Shown here in pieces: positions 40,686 to 51,292 of a stretch of 64,000 nucleotides of DNA (positions within the stretch are counted from its first letter, which is position 1; the number at the start of each line of letters is the position of its first letter). The stretch covers positions 101,184,001-101,248,000 of the forward strand of contig NC_042999.1 of the NCBI RefSeq assembly GCF_006345805.1, written 5' to 3'. Source of the stretch: Octopus sinensis. Its lineage: Eukaryota. The notes under the pieces are model-generated. The model was not told where the DNA came from, made no database searches, and worked only from the letters and a program-made list of their open reading frames with translations. The translations under genes and the position numbers were made by a program.

Positions 40686-40850
40686 GCAGTATTTCGTCTG
40701 TCTTTACTTTCTGAGTTCAAATTCTGCTGAGGTCAACTTTGCATTTCATCCTATCAGGGTTGATAAATTAAGTACCAGTGAAACACTGAGGTCAATGTAA
40801 TCAACTGGTCCCTTCCCCAAAATTTCAGGCCTTGTGCCTTTAGTAGAAAT
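40686..40850 (+). mobile_element. SINE family C, 5' truncated
   Basis: ctgagttcaaattctgctgaggtcaactttgcatttcatcc..aagtaccagt..ggccttgtgcctttagtagaaa. Confidence 0.75.
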
Positions 40851-41139
40851 CGTCATCATCGTTGTCTCCTCCTCTTTATTGCAGGTTTTGTTAGAACTTC
40901 TGAAGTCTTGCAAGCATAGTGGGCTTATTACCTGCAGCCTCTGCTGCCATTGCTTTTCTTTCTTTTCAACTATCTAATACTTTCCTGATTATTTTTGCCG
41001 TGCCAAGGAGGCAAACTTTTTGTAACAGTTCCACTAGGTGCTCTATTCAAATTTCTTTTATATTCCTCTTGATGCCTTGTGATACTGTTCCCAAGAACCC
41101 AACAATAATTGGCACTATCTTCACTTTCTTCATTTTCCA
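40851..41139 (-). mobile_element. R4/Dong-like 3' fragment, second subfamily
   Basis: WKMKKVKIVPIIVGFLGTV..LQKVCLLGTAKIIRKVLDS*, which is the RLE C-terminal signature. Confidence 0.75.
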
Positions 41140-41491
41140 TTATTATTATTATTATTATTGATATTATTATTATTATCATTATTATTATTATTATTAATAT
41201 CATTATCATTATTATTATTAATATCATTATTATTATTATCATTAATATCATTATTATTATTATCATTATTATTATTAATATCATTATTATTATTATTATT
41301 AATATCATTATTATTATTATATTATTATTAATATCATTATCATTATTATTATTAATATCATATTATTATTATCATTAATATCATTATTATTATTATCATT
41401 ATTATTATTAATATTATCATTATTATTATTATTATTAATATCATTATTATTATTATTATTATTATTAATATTATTATTATTATTATTAATA

Positions 41492-41526
<35 letters not shown>

Positions 41527-41530
41527 GATA

Positions 41531-41560
<30 letters not shown>
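41140..41560. repeat. (TAT/TAA)n array with recurring AATATC interruptions
   Basis: (att)n-aatatc higher-order units seen directly. Confidence 0.9.
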
Positions 41561-41565
<5 letters not shown>

Positions 41566-41849
41566 TAGTTTTATTTTTTATAGCGTGCTTTCACTTCACT
41601 ACCGAGCGCAGCTCTGTGTGCCTTGGGTATGTGCTGTGATTTGTTGTGATGCTCTGATGGTTATTGTATGGAAAGTGTTCTGCGTAGGATGTGTGCAGTG
41701 CCTAGTAGTACAATTTTCTGTATGTTATATGTGTTTGTAAGTCCTGGTATTTTTGTTATGTATTTGTCTGAATATTTTTTTATCATGCCTAATGCACCTA
41801 CTATGATAGGAATTGTTTCTGTTTTTAGATTCCACATTCTGGTTACCTC

Positions 41850-41852
<3 letters not shown>
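41561..41852 (-). mobile_element. R4/Dong-like 3' fragment inside (TAA)n
   Basis: ORF 41661-41852, EVTRMWNLKTETIPIIVGALGMIKK..IQKIVLLGTAHILRRTLSIQ*, with TAA repeats on both sides. Confidence 0.85.
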
Positions 41853-41884
<32 letters not shown>

Positions 41885-42721
41885 TATTATTATTAATATT
41901 ATTAGTATCAGAGATGGTGGTATATATGGTTTATAAAGCAACTAAATTCTGTTACGGTATTGCTGTTGAAAAATTGAATCAAGGCATACATCAATGTGAA
42001 AGCATTTTATTTCACCTTGACTGCCACTTATTCTTTTTTCAAGGAAATTCAATGACATTATCATCACTAATATTATTCATTATCATTAAGCAATTCAAAC
42101 ATATCATTAGAAAAATAAAATAAAAAAGTTTACATTTATTAGATTACAATAAAGAATGATGAAAGCTTAACTTATACTATACCATCAACCATTTCTCCCA
42201 TCACCTCTCATGCCAATTATTCTAGATGAGTATTGTCTTTTCCCCTATGCTTCAATTTCATTATTTAGAAAGAGTTCATTATGATCAGACCACTTCAAAA
42301 ACTCTAACAATCCACCCAAGATTGGTAATTCAAATTGGTGATACACAAGATGCCAATGAGGAAGAGGTATTTTATGAGTTTAATATAAATGATAACTCTA
42401 ATGAATAGCTGTTTTATGATTCTTATATGCAAGAGATTAGTATATAATTTTAAAATTAACAAAATCTCTTATGCAATTTAGAGAGAGAGAGAGAGAGAGA
42501 AGTGTGTATAAATAATTGATAACAAATGTTTCAGTGTAGACAAAAAGAAAACACTGAGTGCTCAATGTTGAGAATAGAGCTTCAAAACATTAAAATGAAA
42601 ATTCAAATTTTGTTACTCTGAATAGCATATCTAATGCTGTCAAGCAAAACCTAAACATGTGTGTGCAAGTGCATACCTGCATGAACATGTTTGTGTGTGT
42701 ATGCACATTTACATACAGCTC

Positions 42722-43059
42722 ATGTCCATAGCCAGCCTTGCCTGGCCCCCGTGCCGGTGGCACGTAAAAGCACCATCCGTTCGTGTCCGTTGCCAGCTTC
42801 GCCTGGCCCCCGTGCCGGTGGCACATAAAAGCACCATCCATTCGTGGCCGTTTGCCAGCTCTGTCTGGCACCTGAGCGGGTGGCACGTAAAAAGCACCCA
42901 CTACACTCACGGAGTGGTTGACGTTAGGAAGGGCATCCAGCCGTAGAAACACTGCCAGATCTGACTGGGCCTGATGAAGCCTTCCGGCTTCACAGACCCC
43001 AGTTGAACCGTCCAACCCATGCTAGCATGGAAAACGGACGCCAAATGATGATGATGATG
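42722..43059 (+). mobile_element. RTE LINE 3' UTR, young
   Basis: Three GTGCNGGTGGCACRTAAAAGCACC units and a CpG-intact tail ending in (GAT)n. Confidence 0.85.
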
Positions 43060-43129
43060 CACAGACAGATATACACACACATGTATACAATGTGACTTAA
43101 AGATCCCTGTAGAATTAATACAAACCAGC

Positions 43130-43482
43130 GCAGGAGTGGCTGTGTGGTAAGTAGCTTGTCTACCTGCCACATGGTTCCGGGTTCAGTCCCACTGCGTGGC
43201 ATCTTGGGCAAGTGTCTTCTACTGTAGCCCCGGGCCGACCAAAGCCTTGTGAGTGGATTTGGTAGACGGAAACTGAAAGAAGCCTGTCGTATATATATAT
43301 ATATGTATGTATGTGTGTGTTTGTGTTTGTCCCCCTAGCATTGCTTGACAACCGATGCTGGTGTGCTTATGTCCCCGTTACTTAGCGGTTCGGCAAAAGA
43401 GACCGATAGAATAAGTACTAAAAGGCGGTGCTCCAGCATGGCCGCAGTCAAATGACTGAAACAAGTAAAAGAGTAAAAGAGT
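43130..43482 (+). mobile_element. SINE family A, young, with 8-bp TSD
   Basis: A box ~43137-43147, B box ~43180-43190, (GAGTAAAA)n-like tail, and TSD AAACCAGC at 43122-43129 and 43483-43490. About 40 bp are deleted internally. Confidence 0.9.
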
Positions 43483-44113
43483 AAACCAGCTAACAACTGA
43501 AATGAGATGAACTTTAAATGTGTACCTCAACTTTCCTTCTCTATCTCTCACTTACACCTCCCACATCCACACCACAGCCTTCACACATCTCTTTATTGCA
43601 TTTATTGACCCTTTTCTGACTCTAGTCCTCCTGATGACTGTCACAACTAAAGGTTTCCAAGATTGCTGGTCTACTATGTCATTTATACTGTCAGTTGCTT
43701 AGATCACTTGGCCAGTTGAACAACAAATATCTAAACAACTGAAGATGATAGTCATTGTACTGTACCATCTTTAAAACAATGAAGAGAATATTTTTCTTAT
43801 ATTTTAATTATTACATTCTCCCATAATATATGGAACATCATGCACACATACACACACATACATATAAAGATATTCACAATGAAATAGCAAATATGTATTA
43901 AAAATGCATGAAAACAAAACTGTAACAGTTCATAAAATTTTTTTAAATGTGTATATAATTTAAATGCTAACGAAATTTCTCTATCATCTTTTATGTGTTT
44001 GTGTATGTGTACTTGTGTGTGCTTCTCTGTGTAGGTGCTTGTGTGTGTGCATGTGAGTTCGTGTGTGTGTGATTTGTTTCTCATTTTTCTATCTTTGGCT
44101 GTACTTAAAAATG

Positions 44114-44146
<33 letters not shown>

Positions 44147-44818
44147 ATTTCATCATCATTCTTATATCCATTTTCTATGCTATAATAAGTTGGATAAGCT
44201 GTCACACCCTGTGTCAGGTCTTATTCAGAGTAACTACCTTCTTAAGCATATCAGGGGACAACTTCACACACAAAACATTTAATATCTGTGTATTATCAAT
44301 ATGACTTTTACAATTGGATATCCTTTTAATACCACCTGCCTTATAGAGTGTACTGGCAGCAGAGATTATCATGTCTTTGAACAGACTGAAGAGGCATTTC
44401 AACCCTATACTGTTTCCACTCTTTTACTAATTTCTTTACACAGTGTACTCAATGCATTTTATCAGCACCAGTGCAGTTGCCCTGTAACCTGCAAGACAAA
44501 AGATTCATCACTTCTCTATGGTATCTCCATTCATTCAAGGCAATGTAGTCAAGAAAATACTAGAAGATAAAGAGGCAGGAATGAGAATATAGAGCCAGAG
44601 AGAAAGAGTATTATAGGAGAAATAAAATGGGGTTAGTGACAAAGAGACAGAGCAATGAGAGAGTATCAAAGGGGTCTAACAGAGTACATTGGATATCTGC
44701 CCAGATGTAGATGCGGGAAGCAGCAGATATAAGTTTTACTGGATTATATACTGGATAAAAGGTCTAAAAGTGTGTGTATTAACTGGTTCTGTTATTTATT
44801 TATTTACATACATATATA

Positions 44819-45729
44819 TGAGGGGGTAACCAAAAGAAACCAGAATTTTGCAATATTATTTTATACACTTAGTTTTTACATGTTTACACATTTATCGCCT
44901 TCAAAGTATTCTCCATTTGAAGCAATGCATTGGTCCAGGTGTGTTTGCTACTGTTCAAAGAAGTGCTGGAACTCTTGCAAAGTGATGGCTTTTAATGCAT
45001 CCATTGTTTTTTTTTTTCTTCACCTCTTCCACATCTGCAAATTCCATAGCAGCAGCTTTTGTCACCAGTGATAACCTTCGAAAATAAGGTCCAGATTAAC
45101 TTCCTGCTGTTCTTTCAGTTCATGACATGCATTCAGTCATAACTGCTTTTCATCTTCCGTGAGCAAGTGAGGCACAAATTTTGCTGCAACTCTTTCCATT
45201 CACAATTTCTCACTCAAAATTTGTTGGCAGGAGCTCCAGGACACACCAGTCATATCAACAAGTTTGTCAATTGTTCCGTGATGGTCCTCCAAGGTCAGTT
45301 CTTGAATTTTCATAATGTTTTCATTTGTTCAGAAGGTCAACAGACGCCTTGAACAAGGTTGGTCTTCAAGCAACAAGTGACCATTGCTAAGGCATGAAAC
45401 CCACTCATAAACTTGTGTTTGCTCATGGCAGCATCCTTGTAAGCTATTAGAAGCATCATAACTGTTTCAGCTGCCGTTTTCCCCAGTAGAAAACAGATTT
45501 TCACAGAAGCATGCTGTTCCTTCGTTTCAGTCATTGCAGAAATCAACAAACAGAGGAGAAGCACTGCAAAGCAAAGATACACCACATGATAGTAGGACTA
45601 TAGCTGATGCCACTGGTTAGCAGACTAATACCCAGGGGTTGCATTGAGTGGCTTCTAGCATCAGAAGCCTCAACTACAAAGGGCTTGTCCCACAGATAAC
45701 ATTTCTGGTTACTTTTGGGTACCCCCTTG
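44819..45729 (-). mobile_element. Internally deleted mariner with both TIRs and TA TSD
   Basis: TIRs TGAGGGGGTAACCAAAAGAAACCAGAA and CAAGGGGGTACCCAAAAGTAACCAGAA. Transposase N-terminus EQHASVKICFLLGKTAAETVMML..AYKDAAMSK..VAAKFVPHLLTED. Confidence 0.9.
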
Positions 45730-45812
45730 TATATACATACACACACACATATACACATACGTTCAGACATTTGTATGAATATATTTCTTTAGAACATCCA
45801 GAAGTACATATA

Positions 45813-46070
45813 AAAAAAATAATGTGGCCTTTGAAAGCCTAACCAGGCTCATGGGCCCGGTTTCCCAGTTTCTATGGCGTATGTGTTCCCCAACTGGACG
45901 ACGCCAGTCCATCGCAGCGTTACTCATTTTTGCCAGCTGAGTGGACTGGAGCAACGTGAAATGAAGTGTTTTGCTCAAGAACACAACGCATCCCCCGGTC
46001 CAGGGATCGAAACCACAATCTTACGATCATGATGCTGATACCCTAACCACTAAGCCACGTGCCTCCACAC
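45813..46070 (-). mobile_element. SINE family B, near intact, with 11-bp TSD
   Basis: tRNA-like head GTGGCTTAGTGGTTAGG..GGTTTCGATCCC, CORE-like GTGTTCTTGAGCAAAACACTT, a T-run end, and TSD AAGTACATATA at 45802-45812 and 46071-46081. Confidence 0.9.
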
Positions 46071-47032
46071 AAGTACATATACAAATCTAAAATGTTTAAA
46101 TAATAACATTCTTCATTAGTTAGATAGTATCATATTTTACATTGAGAATCCTAACAAGAGACTAGTAGAACAGAGAGACATTTCAGTGATTGAATGCAGC
46201 ATTTCTTGCAATGCAAACATATTCTGTCAATTTTTTTCCTTTACAAGTAATCTTCAATAGTTTCCAATAAGTTGTTAAAACAAAAGACAAAAAAAAAACA
46301 TGTTTAACTAGAGAGTGTGTTTCCTGGGCACATCTACTCAATAAATGCAACCAGCTTACAATAGCAAGTTAGTTGGCAAGACATATATGAAGTTCTTTTG
46401 AGCAATAACTATAGACATAACAATTGTAGTAGTGAGTGAGACAAAGTTACTGCTGATATATACCAGAATCTTATTGAGAACTAGCAGAAATGAATAGATG
46501 CCTTAACATAATTGTATGAGTTTCCTATATTGACTTTAAACAAAAATAAACAAATCTTTATTGGAAGCTATGTATTTTTCTTTTCCAAACACTTTTCCAA
46601 AGGTTTTTTCTCTTTTTTCCAGAGTTCAATTGTTTTGTTAATTCAGGTATTTGCATAATTTTCAAACCATTTTATGTAAGAGTGGGATACAGCTTGTTTT
46701 TCACCTAGGCAGAGGCAAATATGTTAATGTAACTATGTTTCAGACATAATGTGATTATCATTGAAAAATTTTATTCTATACTAGCTATATTTAATTTCTC
46801 TCTGACAAAAACTACAAAAAGTTACACTTTACAAATTAAAGAAATGTTAGAAGATATTAAAAACTAATTGTTTTACTTTATCATTATCTTGAAAATTACC
46901 ACTTCAGTTATCATCATTATTTTTATGACCATTTGCTGAATGCTGACATACATTTGGTGAGTCTCTAACACAGTATAACAACTTAAATCTTTATCCCTTA
47001 TGACCTCCCTGGGTGTCAAAGTATCATATCTG

Positions 47033-47160
47033 GTGTCAACTTTGCCTTTCATCCTTTCAAGGTCAATAAAATAGTACCAGCTGAGCACTGGAGTTGATGT
47101 AATCAACTTACTCCCCCTCCCCACCAAACTTATTGGCCTTGTGCCAAAATTTGAAGCCAA
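47033..47160 (+). mobile_element. SINE family C 3' fragment
   Basis: gtcaactttgcctttcatcctttcaaggtcaataaaatagtaccagctgagcactgg. Confidence 0.7.
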
Positions 47161-47976
47161 TGTGAAATATTTTTACTTTAAACTCATATAATAACTAGCA
47201 AATAACATACTTGTTATACCATATTAGCATATAAACTCAAATAGTTCAGAGAACATCAAATAACTTTACCAGAAGTTATAACAATGAAGGAGTCTCTATA
47301 TTCAGTCTGCTAGAATTAGGCATCATATCTCCCTCAAACACCCCATGTTAAAATAGGAAGGACACATTGAATAAAGTAATAAATACACAATAACAGAAGT
47401 TGGTCGTGGCTAGAATGCTTTTGATCATCAATTTGTGGGATCAGTGCTAATCTGGTGCTAAATAACAAAAATGAATTGTATGCAAGGCTTGTTAAATGAT
47501 ATACACAAGTGTTACTGAGATGGCAGACAATATCTTTTTTTACATTTTTTTTTTGCCTCCCATGACACAACCATCAGTATATGAAATAGGGATTGATACT
47601 GAAAGATCAAAAGACATAGTTAGACAAGCAACAGATTATACATAAGCTAGAATAATTAATAACTACATCTGGCAGAAAACAATAAATTATATATAAGCTA
47701 GAATAATTGATAGCTACATCTGGTAGGCAGAGTTTTCATGTTTTCCCAGCCACAATTCAGCTCAAACACAACTAGCATGATGTTTCCAACAATTACAAAA
47801 GCAGCAATAACTCATCATCCAAGTATACTGAATATCCGGATATAGGCATAGCCATCTGGTTAAAAAATTCAGTTCAGCAATAATGTTGCTCATGGTTCAA
47901 ATCACACTGCACAACACTTTGCACAAGTATCTCCAGTCATAGTTTTGTGTTAACTAAAAATGCCTTATTAGTGAAA

Positions 47977-48369
47977 CTAGCAGTATTGCCCAGCATTGCT
48001 TGGGTTTATTTCGACCCTTTAGAATTGGAATTTTTGAAAAGTAAAGATTTTGCATTATGTAGCTTGTTATTCTCTTTAAGTGAACATTTTTCTGGTTGAA
48101 ATACACAGAAAAATGGCGATACAGCAGTAAAAAAATCGTAAAAAATAGGGATTTTCATAGAAAAAAAAGCACCTTTTTGATGTAAATAATTTTTGGTGTT
48201 AACATGGTCTGATTTGAATTTTTTCTTCTACGGAAGGAAGAGCAAGCCTTCTTCTATCATACTCTCAATTTTGGTCAACTTGTGCCACAGGGTCTCAGAG
48301 GAGATAGTGTTAGTTGAAGGCTACCAAACCTGCCATACACAGACAACTTCAGCTTTATATATATATAAA
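47977..48369 (-). mobile_element. Non-autonomous Helitron (~393 bp)
   Basis: The minus strand starts A|T(T)TATATATATATAAAGCTGAAGTTGTCTGTG and ends with the hairpin CCCAAGCAATGCTGGG followed by CTAG|T. Confidence 0.7.
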
Positions 48370-49997
48370 TTTAGCAGGTAGAAGCCTGTCATGTTGTGTC
48401 TGTGTTTGTGTGCATACATATGCATGCATACACACAATTTTATCAGCATAAGGGAAGAAACAATACAATCAGAGAGGAACACTGTGGTATTCATATTACA
48501 ATGAGTTATCTCACCTCAAGGCTGTTATCACTTTGAATTTTTATATATTACAAAAAGAGTAAATACGTACCAGACAAAATATAATGACTGTCTAAAAACT
48601 CTTGAAGATGATGTTTCAGAATGACAGAAATCAATTAAACTAAAATAAGAACTACTGGAATCTATTTTATGAATTGTACAGGACTAAATGTTTAAGATGA
48701 GTTTACCAATACTGCACACTGCTTTAAAGATTCCAATTGTGGTTTTTCAAACATTGAACTCTTTTCAACAACTATAAAGGAACTAGTTCATATCCATTTA
48801 TCAATGAGAAAATAAAATTTAAACAACACAAATCCCAGCTGTAACACTATTTAATATTTTTTGGAGTAGAAACATAATCAGATAGTTGTTTGCTACTAAA
48901 GAAAAAGAAACTATGTTATACAAAATAGCTTCAAAAGAAAAACTGCTTTGATGTCTCAATTTGATTGCCAAAGGATAAAACGATTTGTAAAAATCTAATT
49001 GTGGCTGCACAATTTTCTCACATTTCTTGCATTCTTACTGTAGAAGCAAAGAGAACTAGTCGACAAACTGCATTCAACTATTCTAAATCTATCTCTCAAA
49101 GTAGAAAGAAAAAAAGATTTAAAAAATGGCATTTAGAATAATCTAATACTGGGAGAAATAAAGAATGAGAATTATGAAAGAAAGAAGAGTGAATAAAATT
49201 CATTGGTGTTTTAACCTTTTTCTTAAGTTCAGATGAGTAAAGGGTGTTAGGAGAAATAATTTAGAGGTAACTAGAATCTCTTTAAAAATTACCAAGATCC
49301 AAAAGAATATGAAATGAATGAAACATAATACACAATCAATGTAGATTTTGTTAGAGAGTGTGAACATGAATAAAACAGGTTTTGACATCTAAAGATGTTA
49401 GGGGGAAAAAATTGCCTTTCTTTACAGTGATTTTACAAAAGAATTCAAGTAAAATATATTGAGGTTTTAAATAAAAATTTGTTGATATGAGAAAGAAACT
49501 CTTCTAGTTAATGAAGATTTTTTTTTTTTACATTTTATCACAAAAGACTATGTGCAGGAGGTCCTCAATTTATTTATTTATTTTCTCAAACATAGAAGGC
49601 TACCACAAAGTGAGTGATACAATACTTGTTACCTTGGAAATTATGATATTGTTAAGCTAAAGCAAAAAAAAAAAAAATCTCCACATTTGAACAATGAACT
49701 ACCTTCACTACATCTGAATAAGGATTATAAACAGAGCAAACAACAATATACTCCATATACAGTAGTGAACCATTATAAATATTATTAGAAAGATCTTTTC
49801 AACACAATGTAACAGTTGGATAGAGATACTTTTTGACATTAAAAAGGGGAAAACATTTATTTGTACATTTACACATAAATATACATGTGCATGTAGTGTG
49901 TGTGTGTGTGGTGTGTGTGTGTGTGTGTATGTATACACTAGCTGAATGACCCAGCATTGCCCGGGTTATTGCTGTTCTTATTAAGATTAGTAAACAA

Positions 49998-51292
49998 TCA
50001 TCATCATCATCATCATCATCATTTAACATCCGCTTTCCATGCTAGCATGGGTTGGACGGTTCAACTGGGGTCTGGGGAGCCCGAAAGCTGCACCAGTCCA
50101 GTCAGATCTGGCAGTGTTTCTACAGCTGGATGCCCTTCCTAACGCCAACCACTCCGAGAGTGTAGTGGGTGATTTTATGTGCCACCGACACAGGTGCCAG
50201 ACGAGGCTGGCAGACGGCCACGCTCGGATGGTGTTTTTATGTGCCACCGACACAGGTGCCAGATGAGGCTGGCAAAACGGCCTCGATCGGATGGTGCTTG
50301 TTACGTGCCCACAGCACGGAGGCCAGTCGATGCGGTACTGGCTACGGCCACGTTCGGATGGTTTTCTTATGTGCCACGTACCACCGGCACTGGTACCACA
50401 AAGATACAAATTCCATTGATGTTCATCTATTTTGATTTGTTTTGATTTTGATTTTCACTTGCCTCAACAGGTCTTCACAAGTGTCACAAGAAGGAAGGTA
50501 TGCACAGGTGGACTGACTACGTCCCAGGTAGGGGCCATGGGTTATGGCCTGACTAGTCTTGCCGGGTCTTCGGATGGTGTTTTTATGTGCCACCGACACA
50601 GGTGCTAGATGAGGCTGGCGAACGGCCACGATCGGATGGTGTTTGTCATGTGCCCACAGCACGGAGGCCAGTCGATGCGGTACTGGCTACGGCCACTTTC
50701 GGATGGTTTTCTCTTGTGTGCCACCGACACTGGTACCACAAGATACAAATTCCATTGATGTTCATCTATTTTGATTTGTTTCGATTTGATTTTGATTTTG
50801 ATTTTGATTTTCACTTGCCTCAACAGGCCTTCACAAGTATCACAAGGAGGAAGGTATGCACAGGTGGACTGACTACGTCCCAGGTAGGGGCCATGGTTTA
50901 TGGCCTGACTAGTCTTGCCGGGTCTTCGGAAGGTGTTTTTATGTGCCACCGACACAGGTGCTAGATGAGGCTGGCGAACGGCCACGACCGGATGGTGTTT
51001 GTTATGTGCCCACAGCACGATGGCCTGTGATGCGGTACTGACTACGGCCATGTTCGGATGGATTCTTGTGTGCCACCGGCACTGGTACCACAAGCGGTAC
51101 TGACTACTTTTTATGTGCCACCGACACAGGTGCTAGATGAGGCTGGCGAACGGCCACGACCGGATGGTGTTTGTTATGTGCCCACAGCACGATGGCGAGT
51201 GATGCGGTACTGACTACGGCCACGTTCGGATGGATTCTTGTGTGCCACCGGCACTGGTACCACAAGCGGTACTGACTACGGCCACGTTCGGA
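49998..51292 (-). mobile_element. RTE 3' UTR multimer inserted near the Helitron 3' end
   Basis: (CAT)n plus tail at 49998-50170, ~350-bp units each ending in ORF-end KTRQD*, and further ~175-bp duplications. Confidence 0.85.

Noticed and set aside
45990-46070. tRNA-like sequence (also 43130-43200)
   Set aside because: It continues into a SINE body with a TSD and has no proper acceptor stem, so it is a SINE head and not a tRNA gene.
50170-51292. Regularly spaced palindromic repeats resembling a CRISPR array
   Set aside because: The spacers are related to each other, the units are part of an RTE 3' UTR, there are no cas genes and the context is eukaryotic.
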